Below the pieces are notes generated by a model. The model did not search any database, was not told the origin of the DNA, and was given only the letters and a program-made list of their open reading frames with translations. A stretch of DNA of 64,000 nt from Chrysomallon squamiferum (taxonomy: Eukaryota; Animalia; Mollusca). The translations under genes and the position numbers were made by a program. Positions 41,795-56,669 of this stretch are shown here, piece by piece; position 1 is the first letter of the stretch, and every line of letters starts with the position of its first letter. The DNA lies in assembly GCA_012295275.1 (NCBI GenBank), contig CM022679.1, positions 21,452,001-21,516,000 on the forward strand. The letters run 5' to 3'.

Positions 41795-41810
41795 ATAATA
41801 ATAATAATAA
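41677..41810. repeat. Compound (AAT)n-(GAT)n-(ACT)n-(AAT)n microsatellite
   Basis: Direct inspection. Confidence 0.92.
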
Positions 41811-42399
41811 TTCTTTCTAAATATTTGTTTTTCCAAAAGGAGTTCATTATTTACTTTTTATCATTATTATATATATTTTTTTAATATCACAAAATATAGA
41901 GATGTTTAAAAAAAGATTTAAAAAATATAAATAACAGTCTTTTTAAATATCATAAAACCAGCAAGCTGTAATGAAGGTAAATTATTATCTTTGAAAGATA
42001 ACAGATTTGAAGTATTTATGAAAATAAAATAAAACACCATTTTTTTTTTTGTCTAATTGTAAAGAAATTGACAAATTTCAAGTATTTTTGAAAATACTGT
42101 AATTTAATTTGTTTTAAAAATTGATTTTGAAAATATAATAATGGCAAATTTTTATATCGTAAATGTCAACTGGTAGAAAATGTTATGTTTTGTTTAGTAA
42201 TTGCTACATATTTTTAATCAAGGGCAAATGCTTCAACAAGTGCATTTTATCTTTCTTTAAAAAAGAAGAAGAAAAATAATTAGTATATTTATTTTATTTC
42301 ATTTTTTATTTTTTTATTTTTTTGTTTTGTTAAAAACTGAACTCAAATTAGTGCAGACATGTTTTATAACAAACACATTTTATGTAATTATAATAATCA

Positions 42400-42532
42400 G
42401 TCATCCCCAGTGCACCCATTAGGCTGTTTTCCAGTTCCAACCTCTGCTGCAAAACAGATTCTCAAAAGCTGTGTATGTTATCTGTGGAAAGTTTCATATA
42501 AACAAAATTACTTGTTACTAGAAAAACACAGA
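42400..42532 (+). mobile_element. Degenerate SINE body fragment
   Basis: Shares sequence with 23885-23995 (minus) and 52545-52700 (CTTGTT.CTA...AACA.AG). Resembles a gastropod tRNA-SINE core as recalled, not searched. Confidence 0.55.
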
Positions 42533-42579
42533 ATTGTTGTCTCTGTGTTAGGGTGTATATTTATATATCCACAATACAT

Positions 42580-42615
<36 letters not shown>

Positions 42616-44754
42616 TTGCACTAATTTCAGAACTTTATTTTTGGCCATATGTGTGTGTGTGTTTTATTTGTGTATGATGTGTGTAAAAGCTTACTAACTG
42701 CTCTACAGTATTTCCATAAATTATTAGAAAAAACATAAACACTTAACCTTTAACAGTCTGCAATAAAAAATTAATCAATACACTTCAATAATGCATTAAA
42801 AATATGAAATATAAAATTTAAAAAAAAAACTAATTAAATTTAATAAAGCAATAAAGCTTTAAAACTTTTGAAAAGCCATTGAAAATGTTGACATAAATGG
42901 AACAAACTGTTTTGGAAATGTAAAAGGATTAACATGCACAATACTGAAAAGATTAATAAATATTTAATTCAACAGCTTAAGATTTATCAAAAGGATTTAT
43001 TAAGCCAAGCTGTTGAAAGCTGGATTTAAAACCACACCTTTAATATGCTGTGTATGGGTATACACTGGAACAGAAAATATCTTATACTGTGACAGTACTG
43101 GCTCAGTACTTGTGTTTACAAATAAGAACATAATGGATGTTTGCTGTCTTCAGCTTCTACTTGGGTAGCTACAAAAAATGTTGTACTGAGCTGTTTTATG
43201 TCTGTTTATTCTAATAACGTAATTAATAAAGTTTTGAAAATTAATTTTTGATGGGTTAGTATTGGATTTATGCAATAACTAATTGTATATTTTTACTTTC
43301 TTTTTACTTTCTTTTCATATATGTGCACATGATGCACATATATAAAATATTACGAAGCTAGAAGCACTTGAGTTTTGTTTCTATTTTAAACTGATCCAGT
43401 ATCATAAAATAGAAACCGTTCTAGTTTAAAACGAGGAAAACCTCTGACATCTGCCAGTGAAAGAAAACTTAGGAAACAAAACTGAATTTTAAAGTGATCC
43501 TTCGCAGTTTGAAGAAAACATTCTGATTATTTGTGAAGTTAAGAAGCCAGTGGTGATACCGTTGCCATGATAGCTTGCGTGGAGAAGATTATAAAGAAAC
43601 AAGACAGTTTTAAACTGATTGGGCAGTTCCACAAAACAGCTAAAATTCAGCATAAATTAATCATACAATAGCACATAGTGGGTTGGAACAGAAGTTTAAA
43701 GATGATATTATTTAGATGTCTGTACAAAGATTTATTTAAAATCTCATATCTGCAATTTTGTTCTATTATCTTTCACTGTCTTTGAGACAGATTCTTGACT
43801 TCAGGATACCAGAAGTTTTTATCTTTCTGGTCTGAGTTTTTGTTCCAGCCCAGTAATGTATCATCATGATGCTGATGTCAAAGTAGTTGTAGTGGGAAGA
43901 TAAATAAAATTCAGTTTAAAATTAATCAACATAATTTAGATTAGGAATGAAACTAACTGTCAAAGAGCCATCTGAATCTTCCACGCTATAAACCAACTGC
44001 AGAATGCTCGGGGAAGATTTATGGAAACAAAACTCATATTCTAGAAACTCTTTTAGAATTAGAATATAGTAAAAACAGCTTCCAGTAATCTGTATTCTCA
44101 TGATGGCTGTCTGAACACTTGACATTTATTCCTCAGAGATTTTTTTTTTTTTTTTTCACCGAGATTTATCGAAGCTCATCTTTTATTTGTGCAGCTATCA
44201 GTGTATGATTGCTACTACGAGAAACGTTTAATACTTCATTCTCTTTTTACTACTTTGAAGTAAGGTCCATCGAGCCACTGGGTGCTTTCAACTCATCTGA
44301 CCTTGTTTTGTGGGCTTGGCAGTTATTAACTGGAATAACCAAAGCAATTTGATGTAATCTAAGAAAACATTAAAGTCATCAATCCAAACCAGTCCACTGT
44401 TATTCTAAGTTTGCATGATCAAAGTGCATAACGTTCCACAAATAGGAATTGATTCCAGACTAATAACGATGAGACTATTTTTGGACGTGATTTTTATGTC
44501 ATATAAAATTGTTTTTGATTTGATTTTTTTTCTTCTTCTTCATTTAATGCTGGTATATTTGTCTTGTCTTTGATACTTTGATCACTTATATTCAACAAAA
44601 AAAAAAAAAAGAGGGTATTTTTGTTACTGATGATTAATATGCTGAGGATTTTTTCAAATTATCTCTGTCTGCTAACTAATGTGTTCATCTGTTATTCTGT
44701 CCAGGCGGAGATGGTGAAGATCTCTGAATGAAAGTGATACTCCATTGTACGCAG

Positions 44755-45188
44755 TAATCTGTTAATGTTTTCTGCAGAAATAGTCTTTATAGCTATATAT
44801 CTAATACAATTGTGTTTGCCAATAACAGAAAATAACATTAGATATATGAGTTCTGTTAATGTTTTTACAGAAATATTATTTTTAATTTCATTTATATCTA
44901 ATACATTTGTATTTGCCAATAACAGAAATATAACATTAAATATATGATTTCTATTAATGTTTTCACAGAAATAATTTTTAAATTGATTTTTTTATCTATG
45001 TATCTAATACATTGTACTTGCCAGTAACAGAAATTAACTTTAGATGTAGCAATTCAATTAATACATTTCCAGAAATATTCTTTTAAATTTTCTCTCTCTC
45101 TGATATATTTTATTTGCCAATAAAACAACATTAAATCCATTTTAGTTTATATTAATACATTTGCATAAATATTCTTTTAAATATTGTT

Positions 45189-45226
<38 letters not shown>

Positions 45227-45235
45227 AGCAATAGG
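44755..45235. repeat. Decayed ~100-bp tandem repeat, ~5 copies
   Basis: TGCCAATAACAGAAA-like core near 44817, 44914, 45019, 45116, 45223. Confidence 0.75.
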
Positions 45236-46150
45236 AACTAGAATTGTGGATCATTCATTTCTTTTCCCCGAAGCCAAACAATACCATTATTCAGTGAAAA
45301 CTGTTAAAATGTGAAGGACCATTAAATCAGGACTACTGGTATCTGATATTTTGGCTTCTGTCAGTGTTTGTAAGACAACACTTAGATAATTGCTTTGAGT
45401 TTCAGAAACTTACTGATAACCTGTCTTGTGGTGGTAGAAGCCATTTGACTTGCTTGACACAATTATTAACAGGTTATTTGTTTATGTGTGTGTGTGTTTA
45501 TGAGGCTTTGTGGTATTTCAGTTTGTTTCTTATCATGGAAGAATGTTGTTTTATTTGGGTTTTTTTTTTTTTTTTTTTTTATTCAGAGCCTCTTATAAAA
45601 ATAAAAAGAGAATTGTGTGAGTACTGTGTAGGAGATGTGAGTGTTCATAATTGTCTTTAGTTTCATTTTGTTTAAAACAAACTTTGAGTGTGTTTTTACA
45701 CGTTAGTATTGGAACAGAAATATATGTGTATGTATGTATGTTGTTACATGTATATGTATGTATTTATGTATGTGTATGTATGTGTATATATTTATGTGTA
45801 TATGTATGAATATTTACACATGTGTATAGTTAAGATTGATGACTAAGGTTGAAGATTTGAACAGGTGAGAGAACTCTGTTTGACCTGTTAATTAACAAAT
45901 AATTAATGCTTCAAAAAGTGAAACGAGCTGTTTCTTGGTGAAATGTTAATGAAGCTGTTTATAAAACCTGGTTTAAACAGATGTGGATGTTTGTATATCA
46001 GTCATATTGCACGCCTGAATATACCACAGTAGTAACCTTGAAAATAGCCAGTTCAGAAAACAAATGTCTGTCTGAGTCTAGCCATTTCTTAGTTTTTCCT
46101 TTTTCTCTGTCTTTTCTGTGCTGTTTCCTTTTCTTCATTCTTTTGTTTCT

Positions 46151-46155
<5 letters not shown>

Positions 46156-46242
<87 letters not shown>
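46156..46242. repeat. (CT)n microsatellite
   Basis: Direct inspection. Confidence 0.96.
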
Positions 46243-46246
<4 letters not shown>

Positions 46247-46832
46247 CTCACTAATTAAAATAACAAAATAATGACTGTTTTTAAGAATGTATTTAACAAT
46301 TGGCATAAAAGTTCATGAGGAACAAAATTTAATCTTTGCATTTGGAAAATATTTTCTATAATTTAAAAATGAGTTAATTTAATTTAAAAAGCAACCAAGT
46401 ACGTAAATAACTCTCTTTTTATTTCTGATGCGTATTTGAATAATTAACCCCCCCAAAAAGGTTCACTGGGAACATTTTCATTTTGTTGCACTTCATTTTA
46501 TTTATTTTTCAAAAGCTTTACTGCCATTAATTTATTAAAAAAATAAACCATTTTAAGTGATTACATATGTTGAATATACTCTACACTCAGTATCAAAGTT
46601 TACAGGGAACACTGCCAATTTTTACTTGTAGAAAAATAAACAAACAAGTTTGATGTATCTATATTTAGCTGAAGGAGATGTTTTTAAAAAAAATAAATAA
46701 ATAAAAATTTAAATAATAAAGCATTTTCTTCTCATTACTCATTATATTTATACATCTTAATGGCCTGACTTTAAGAAGCAAAATAAACAAAATATTAAAA
46801 TGTCCTGAAAATAAACTAAATTATAAATAAAC

Positions 46833-46940
46833 TGTGACCCATTGCACTGAATCAAGTCTTAAGTCACATTTTTGGCTGATTGGATTCTTGACTCCATCAG
46901 CTTCATTTTTGGTATCTCACTCATAGCTGTTATTTTCTTC
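46833..46940 (-). mobile_element. Truncated copy (one end) of the 57.8-58.2 kb MITE-like element
   Basis: TGTGACCCATTGCACTGAATCAAGTCTTAAGTCACATTTTTGGCTGATTGGA aligns with the reverse complement of 58167-58217 (TGTGACCCACTACACTGAAACAAGTCTCAAGTCACAGTTTGACTGACTGGA). Similarity continues after a short deletion. Strand is relative to that copy. Confidence 0.75.
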
Positions 46941-48663
46941 GTGTAATTTAATTTATTATAAAAAGATAAATGATGATAATGCAAAAATAATGACTGTGAT
47001 GATTATAGTAATCATAATAATCCTTGTTATTTGATTTTAGGTTTATTAATGTCAAAACTTTACAAACACCAGATATTCCAGAATATATTACAGTTTTGTA
47101 GAATTTGATATGTGTGTATGTGCATATGTGTATGTATTTGTGCAAGTATGTGTGTGTTTTAATAAACTGTAAATGTCCTTGAAATGTGTAATTCAAGCTT
47201 TCCATGTGTTACCTATGGGAAAATAAATTTAATTATTCTGATTACAAAAAAAAAAAAAAAATAAAAAAATAAAAGCATAAAATTAAAAAAAAAAAAAAAA
47301 AAAATAAATAAATAAATATTTAATGTTCAGAATCACAAAATCATTTTAAAAATTTCAAAATACCTTTTTTTCTTAAAACTATTTTAGTATTTTAAATAAC
47401 TTGGTACTTATGAACAGTTCAATATAATATTATTCTAATAAACAGGGTTTTTTTGTGTTTTTTTTAATTTCACTTTGTCAAGATGTCTGTTATTTGTTTG
47501 TCTAGAAATGAACAACAATTTATTTTGATATATGCAACCCTTTAACAAATAAAGAAACAAACAAAAAATTAGGAAATGTTTTTAAAAAAGAAGATAAACC
47601 AAACAAAACAGTATTCCTTTTTTACATTTTATTTATATATATATAAACTAAATTTCAAGACATTTTCTTGAAGAAATTATTAATAATTCACATTTTTTAA
47701 CTTTAAAAAATAAAACACCACAAAACATCTTTGTATCTAATTGTTTTTCTTTTCTTCTTCTTCTTTTATTATTATTTTTATTATTATTGTTATTATTTTT
47801 ATTATTTTTTATTATTATTTTTATTATTGTTGTTATTATTGTTATTATTATATTAAATGTTCTAAAATATTATTCACAATTTAAAAAACTAGAAATCTAA
47901 TTATTGTCTATTTTATTACTTTCAGGAAATAACAAACATGTTATCCGCACACTGATTTTTTAAAACAACTGAACACAACATACTAATAACTATAGTCTTT
48001 TCTTTTTTGACTAGTTCTTGTTGTTGTTAAATATATTTATTTAATTTGTACTAAGAATTTTTGTTTTTATTGTTTGCATTATAAATAATGTATGCCACCT
48101 TGATTAATTTTTTGAAAACTATTTTAAAAACACACACCAAAAAATAAAAAGTAATTTACATCGGAACTTATAAAAATAAGTCCAAATGATTGACTTTAAC
48201 ATATTTCCTATTTTTCTAGCCCTAAGAATGAAGTTTATTTTAAATATTTGAATATATTTATATTAACAGTATGATGTATTACTGTTAAGTATTTTTAAAT
48301 GAAGTAATAACATTTGTCCTTTGAAAGTACAAAGCTAAATAACTGTTATTAAAAATATTATTTTACTTAATTTTGTTAGAAAAATAAACACAAAAAATAC
48401 TTATGTTTTTATAAAAACCATAAAAATATGAAAATATTCTGCATGATTTGCAAATTTTGGAAATTTAGACTAGTTTAAAATATACAACAACAGCAACAGG
48501 AATAATTAAAATAATAATCAAAATAAATAAATAAATGATTACATATATTATTAATATATTACTATTAGGTTGCGTTATTTCAAAACAAATTTACCTTTTG
48601 AAAAGTGATGTTTGTTGGGTTTTTTTTTTTAATTTGTTATTGCTATATGTATTTTTTTTTAAG

Positions 48664-48727
<64 letters not shown>

Positions 48728-50024
48728 TTAAAATATATAATAATATAACTATTTTATTTTATTTTAATTTATATATTTTTTTTTTTTATTTTGGCAGATA
48801 TCTTTCATTTCCCATGATACCGAATGACTGAATGTTAAACTCTGATTCTAAATATTGAAAAAAAAAATCTCTCAAGATTAGAAATGCAATTTACAAATAT
48901 GATATTACTTTTTATTTATTTATTTATTTATTATTATAATTATCATTTATTTATTTATACATTTTTTATTTATCTATTATAATTATCATTTATTTATTGC
49001 ATTTATTTATTTTGCCAAAGCATAACTTGAATAATTTGTGTGCAGATGTGCATAATCTATGTATGATATGCGTTTAATCTAAGCAATCAAAGACTGACAG
49101 ATCACTGTTGTGTTAACTGTTTACATTTCCTCTCCCTTCAGATTCTTGTGATATGCCATGAATGCATGTGTCATGCAAAATTCTCGACTTACATCAAAAT
49201 TGATTTATGTTCACAGCAGTTATAATCAAATGAGGTAATGCAGAATGAAAACATGGCTGAACTTAACAAACCCAGGCACCAACGGGAGTTTGTGTTTGAA
49301 AGAAACATTTATGAGAAATAATTCTACACACAGTTCTAGTGAATTGCTTGCGGTAAATACAAACTTCCTTGAAAGTTTTCCAGTGTACTTTACCATTTTT
49401 TTTTAGAACTATTTTTATTTATTTTTTATTTGTTGTTATTTTTTAATTATTTTCTTTAAATGATATATAATGCTGTCACAAAGAGCAGATGTGAAAATGA
49501 ACAAAAAAATGAAATATGCTGTTTTAATTAAGTGACAGTGTCATTCAGTACTGTATACCTAGTTTTGAATATACTACAATACAAACATAGGTAGATAGAT
49601 CACGCACACACACATACACACACACACACACAAAACATGTTTTCAGATTCACAGTTTCTTTGTGAAAAAAATAATATTTTAAAATATTAAGAAAATAAAT
49701 CCACAGCAATAATGAAATTAAATGCTGTGAACAGACTACTGCACTAAACTGAGATTTCTTTCAGGTTTTTATTTGTGTCTCCTGAAGGTTAATCAATATA
49801 TTTGTAAGACTGAAGGATTTTTTGTTGTTGTTGTTGTTGTTGTTGTTGTTTTTGTTTCAGCTGAGTGTGATTTACATGAAGAACTATTTTTCTGTTTCTA
49901 AGACACTAAGAGAGAAAAGCTGTATACAACAAAAATAACTTGAAGTTTAACAAATTTATTTTATATCTTTTATACTCAACAATCTGAATGAAACATTTTT
50001 TGTGTTTGGGTGTTGTTAAGCACT

Positions 50025-50450
50025 TCATTCATTCATTCATTCATCTATTCATATTATTCAGTCATTCAGTCATGCTTCCATTCACTCTTTCATTTACTCC
50101 TCCATGCATTAAATCATTAATTTTTCAATGTATGCATCCTTTTTTTAATTCATTTATTCCTCCATCCATACAGTAAGTCAAGTCATTTATTCATTCATGC
50201 ATTCTTTCATTTATTCATTTATTCATTCATCATTACCTTAAGTCATTTATTTGGTCATATTTGCATTCACTCATTTATTCCTCCATCCAGCATTACGTCT
50301 TTCATTTATTCATTTATTCATTCATCTTTGCATTGCCATTCATTCACTTATACACACGAGTGTTCATTTATTTATTTATCTTTTCATCCATCTTCATATT
50401 GTCACTCATTCATTCATTCATTCATTTGCCAGTTCTTTCATTCACTTATT
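50025..50450. repeat. Degenerate (TTCA)n microsatellite
   Basis: Direct inspection. Confidence 0.85.
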
Positions 50451-52544
50451 CTACAACACGAACAGGATCACAATAGACTGAAATGTCAGAATTAAACGAC
50501 AGTTTGACAACAAATCAGGATTTTAACCTTTTTGTCCTGTGTTTCTCAATGTTTTAACAGGTTTGCATCTGGCTTAGCAGTTCCAGCACTTTGTTTTTCC
50601 ATTGTTGTCAGCTTGATGGTATTCTGCGTACAACAACAAGAAACTAACTGAGTGAATGCATTTCTGCAACAATTAGAACTGGTTTTCAAAAGGATCACGT
50701 TTTTATTGATTTCTGAAAACTTTATTCAGATAATGTCTTCATCATCTAGATTTCAGAAATAAAGAGAAAGAAAAAAACCCGTTTCTGTAGCAGGTTAAGC
50801 TGAATTGGTTGTTGTCAGCATACAAAATAGATATCAGACACTTGTGGAAAGAGAGAAAGAAAGAGAAAAAAGAATTAAAAAAAGAGAGGAAGAGAGAGAG
50901 AAAGAAGAGAGAGGAAAATGAAGAAAAAAGAGAGAGATAAAGAAAGAAAGGAAAAAAGAAGAAAAAAGAGAGAGAGAGAAAGAAAGAAAGGAAAAAGAGA
51001 TAAAAATGAGAGAGAAAGAAAGAAATATAAATAGAGAGATTATAAATATGTAGATAAAACAAAATTATTTATTATACGAAATCTTTTAAACTTTTACTAT
51101 CATACTGCCATTTTTTTTTTTTTTATCAAATCATGTTAACTTGTTAACTGGCTGAAACTTGTCAGACATGTTGTATGCTCAACACAAGATGAAACAAGTC
51201 TCACAATGCACATCATCCCCAGGACCCCAGTTTTTACAGTTTTAATACCCCTGCAGACACGACCCGGAACAAACTGACTAATTACTTTTCCTGATTTTCC
51301 TCCCGAACTCTCAAAGCACTCCACTGCAGAAGTGATCAACAATACAAATATTTTCTTAATCAAGACCATTACAGACATTAAATGTAATCAGCTTCGCCAA
51401 CAGCGTTCCCTGCCTCTGTGAAGCTGACAATAGCAGCGTTAATGTGGATGTTTCTCCAAAGCTTTTAATAAAGTTAGTCGAAATATCTGGAAGTCACCGA
51501 GGTGCACTTCATCCATCAATATCCAGTGTGAATGGAGGGAAAAATCAGCTTCACAGTAATATCAAAAGTTCACATCAGGTTTTCGGTGACCCTCAGGATA
51601 AATGTTTTAGACTTTGTACAAGTCTGTGGTTAACTGTGAATGGCAATATTACACTAATTTATAGACGAAACAGATCATGTTGCATTTTTAGTAGACGCTA
51701 AATTTTAGAAATCTCGTTTCTTGAAGTTTATTTTATTTTCAGAAGGGATAGATTAAATCTGACTTTTTACTTAGTGATAAATCTTGTTATTGTTATTGTG
51801 CCTGCCAGACGAATAATAACACTGTTATGATGGCTAATAACACTGTTATGATGGCTGCTGATAAATGATAATAATGATTATGACAAATAATGATGATTTT
51901 AAAATGTATTTCTCTAACTCTATGGAGAAATGAATTAATTATTTCTCATATTTGTATAGACAAATAACAATCATAATATTACTGAGATGCTAATATTACC
52001 TCAGGTAATAATAATAATATTACCATGGTTAATAGTAATAATATTCCTACAGCAGATAAAAATAATTATATTACTATACCAAATAATGATAATATGATAC
52101 TGAGGCAGATAATGATAATAATACTACATGGACAAATAATGATAATAATGTTATTGTGGCAAATAATGATGATAATACTACTGAGGCAAATAACGACAAT
52201 AATGTTACTATGGTTTAAGAGACTCAGTTCATGTGCACTAATGTTAAATGAACCTGTTCACAAAGTAAACAGGTTATTCCCTGAACGTGTCGTCTGATTA
52301 ATAAATCAAAAATTTGAAATAGAATTATTACCACAGACTCAAGCTGCTTTCTCTTTTTTTCTCTCTCTTTTTTAATCCAGTTTGCATCTGATAAAAACAT
52401 ATTCCTTCTTTGTGCTGACTTTACTCCAGGGACTGGAATGTCATTTTGAAAACAGCTATCCATATCAAATTATGTAATCATTAAACTAAACAAGAAGAGA
52501 ATTCTGATGACTGTGTGTGTGTGTGTGTGTGTATATATAAAAAA

Positions 52545-52700
52545 TAGCCATTAACATTGTTATTATTCCATCTAGTCCAGTACATCATAGGATTTGCTGT
52601 TCATGAGAAGGTGTTTATGAAAGATATCTTGTTGCTAATGAGAACATAGCAAGTTGTACCTATAGCATGACTACTAGATAATTTCCTTTCTCTGACCAAA
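52545..52700 (+). mobile_element. Degenerate SINE body fragment
   Basis: GAAGGTGTTTATGAAAGATATCTTGTTGCTAATGAGAACATAG aligns loosely with 42485-42531. Confidence 0.4.
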
Positions 52701-53784
52701 TGTAAAAAAAAAAACAAAAATGTGTTTAATTTTCGTATTCATGTGTCATTATACAAATATTCCTTCAGTCCACCTACATTTCCTAGTAGTACACAGCTGT
52801 GAAGGTCAGTGAAGTTTAATAACATCCTGCCCTTGACACACAAATTAAACCCACCCCATGGTGGGATAACTCAAAATGCTGTATCACTTCAAACAAAGGG
52901 ACATATTTATAGTGTTGCCTCTAGTAAATGATCCAGAACACAGCTATTTGTGAAACATGAAAAGTATTCTCAATGGCCTCATTGTCGAATTCACCCATTA
53001 ATTACTGCGACTCAGCAATTTTGAATGAATTAATACTGAGTTTTGTTATAATTAGACATGTTTAATTTGTTTGCTTATTGGTGTTTATACAGGCTAGTAG
53101 TGTAATTGTGGGTATGTGTGTTTTTTTTTTAGAATGGTCAGTGGGGTTTTAGAAATTAGTGTGGTTAATGAGTCTTGATGAATTACTGAGCCTAGTGGGT
53201 CATAAACATATTTTATAGGTTAGTGGACCAGTGCAGTTTTATTGAGGTTAATTAGTTCTATGTGTATCTAATGTCAGTCTGTCTTTCTCTCTGTTTTTTC
53301 AATATTTGTGATGTCTGTCATTTTCTTTCTGTGTCTCCCTCTGTCTCTCTTTATCTCTTTCTTTGTTTCCTTTTCTCTCCCTCTTTTTGTCTTTCTTTCT
53401 TTCTCTCTTTCTTTCTGTCTCTCTGTTTCTTTCTCTTTTTCTCCTTCTCTCTCTTTCTTTTCTCTCTCTCTCTTTTTTCTTTTTCTCTTTCACTGTTTTT
53501 CTCTTTCCCTATCTATCATTCTCATAATTCTGTCGTTCTTATTTTAATTACTTTTTTCTCTCCATTTTTTTTCACTTTCTCCCTCTCAAAATTCTGACTG
53601 TCATTTCTTTCTAATTATGTCTCTCTTGTTTATATTTCCTCTGTCTTTCATTTCCTCTTCATTCTCTCAGATCTGTCACTTTTTTCTTTTCAGCCTTCAT
53701 TTAATTTTCTCTCTCTCTTTTTTTTCCCCATTTTCTTTTTTCTCAAATTTCTTCTCTTTGTGTAAGAATTAATCAAATGTGACA

Positions 53785-54405
53785 ATTATAAAACAAATGT
53801 GACATACATAATTTTATCAGATACCTTGGTAAATCTGCCCTCCATTATCCAGAAACAGTTACAAAGACTTTGATTTTTTTTTTTATTCTTCAAGGAAGCT
53901 TTAAATAGATACAAAAATATTTTAAAGTCTGACATACATATAGCTTGTTAAAATTGTATTCCATTATACAGAAAACATTACAAAAACCTTGGATTTGTTT
54001 TTTTTCTTCAAGGAAGCAATACTTTAAATAAATACAAAAATACTTTAAAATCTGACATACATAATTTTATCATATAGCTTGGTAAAATTGTATTCCATTA
54101 TACAGAAAAAATTACAAAAACCTTGGATTTGTTTTTTTTTTCTTCAAGGAAACAGTACCTTAAATAAATACAAAAATATTTAAAAATTAAATTAAAATAG
54201 AGCAAAAATACAGAAAAACTTTAAATAATAACCAAAATATTTTTAAAATTAAATTAAAATAGAGTAAAAATACACAAAATCTGTAAATAAATACAAAAAT
54301 GTTTTAAAAATTAAATTAAAATAGAGTAAAAATACACAAAATCGGGAAATAAAAAAAAAATATATATTATTGAAATTAAATTAAAACAAGAGTAAAAAAA
54401 CCAAA
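53785..54405. repeat. Decayed tandem repeats (~120-135-bp units grading into ~54-bp units)
   Basis: Repeated TGACATACATA...TCCATTAT.CAGAAA...TTACAAA..C.TTG.ATTT...CTTCAAGGAA block, then repeated AAATTAAATTAAAATAGAG. Confidence 0.8.
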
Positions 54406-55845
54406 AACCTTTGCTTCTTTCTTCTGTCTTCAGATCAGGAAAAAAATGACTGAAATAGCTCATTTCCGAATATCTAAAATAGCAGAAATATTTTTATGTC
54501 CTTTTCTAACTGCCATGTCTTTGAGCAATATTTAACAGCATCCTGCTCCATGCTACTTCATCACTGACAATAAATGTCAGAAACATTCAGAAATATCAAA
54601 ATAGAATGTAGCGTCTTGTGAAGCAGCTAGCTATTGAAATAAAAGAAATCTGCGGTGATGTAATATCAGTTGAAACATGGTCCGAGGCAAAGATGCTTTT
54701 TACATTTCAATTATTAATAATGTCTGACAGTTCTATTATGCACTAATTTCATATCTCTATTTTAGCAGTCAAGAACAATTTGCCGAGATGCACAGTTACA
54801 ACATATTTCTGTGCCTCGTCTGCTGAGCTTTTGTTAATAGTGTTGTTATCTCCTATCCATGCAGGCAGTTTATGTAACATATACAATATAAATGTATGAG
54901 GTTAGATCATTACCACCATTTTTTATGTTTATTGTTTTTTTTTTTAATGTTTTTCTTTCTTTCTTTCATTTTCTTTTTTCTCATTTGTTTACATGTTCCA
55001 TTTTTGGAAACAAGAAAACACATACACCACATACATTCATTCATTCGTATATATAGCACACACATATAGCAAATGTAGCAAACAAAAGGGACGTGTTCCA
55101 AATGGGATGATACCACTTAGGTTATGTTAAAGTGACTCATGGATGGTGTATTGCTTTGAATAATATTTATTTTGTATTTATTATCAGTTGGGTTAGCTGA
55201 CCTGGCAGAAATCTGTATCACAGCTTTTGTCTTCAGATTTTAATAACAAACACATAAGGTAAAACAAAATACCAGACTTGCTATAAGATACTGTATAGGT
55301 ATCATGTGTCGGTAATGGTTGCTTTTAAGATGCATGATACTGCCGTATTAGTAAGTAAGAAATATATCATATAGCCAGATATTATTGATACTGATATTGG
55401 ATACAGACATAATTTGAGGATACTGTTGATAATAGACATATCAGATATATTTAAGAAATGTTATCATGAAAGAGATATCTGATGTGGTTTGATATTAGTG
55501 TTACATACAGTTGATGTAGCCAGGGGTTACTTAGTAACAGTTACATCTAAAATGAAAAATAACAAAGATGATTTCTCTAACAGAAGAAGACATATCCAGA
55601 TAGAGTTATCTGAGTGATGACAATGTGAAATGATATACCAGAGAATCACTTTTTGTACTTAACTTCTAAATAGGTCAGTTATCACAATGCATTTTATAAT
55701 CCCTGTTATCTTCCTCTTCCTCATTTTCTCTGTCTCTTTTTTCATTTCTATCCTTCTTCTCTTTTTTTATCCTCTCTCTCTCTTTAATTTTTCTATCTAT
55801 TACTCTTTGTCTCTTTCTCTCTCTATGTTATCTATTTTTCAGTGC

Positions 55846-55847
<2 letters not shown>

Positions 55848-55896
<49 letters not shown>

Positions 55897-55919
55897 GACT
55901 CTCTCTCTCTCTCTCTCTG

Positions 55920-55978
<59 letters not shown>
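55848..55978. repeat. Interrupted (CT)n microsatellite
   Basis: CT runs interrupted twice by GTCTGA. Confidence 0.95.
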
Positions 55979-55981
<3 letters not shown>

Positions 55982-56573
55982 ACGATGATTGATGTACAGG
56001 TCATGCACTCTTATAGATGGAACAGATATGAAAGACTTAATGCAATGTAATAATAATAATAATAAAAAAATATGTCATGACCTTTGTGCATTCAGAAGGA
56101 AAACCATTTGTATCAGTTTATTAACAAGTTTTTGAGTTGCTGTTTGTAACGGAGATATATGTAAACCAGAATACTCTGTTACACTGTAACAAAACACTCA
56201 ACTGAACCAAAACATGTGACCTGGCAGCCTGTTTGTGCCATTTTTTCTTATCTCTCTCACAGGTGATGTTTTTAAGGATTATCTGATTTAAGACACTAAA
56301 GAGTAGTGTGACTTGGCATTTCATGATTTGTCAGTAGCGTTTTGCTCTGTTTCTGAGACAAATCTGAGAGCTCGTCTGTAGGGTTTTCTGAGGGCAGTGA
56401 AGTCACATTTCAAACTGTGTCAGACTCTCAGAGAACTGTTAAACTGGCTAGAACTGGAATCAACACTGAAACCTTTCTGCTTTAGTTCAGAGACCATTTA
56501 CATTTTTAAAATATTTGATATTTTATTATGCTTAAAGGGGAAATATTTAAAACTGTTTTCATTGATCTGTAAC

Positions 56574-56609
<36 letters not shown>

Positions 56610-56669
56610 ACCATATAAAAATATTTAAAATTTGTTGGGATTTTTTTAAAGAGAAAATTTGCTGGTAGT

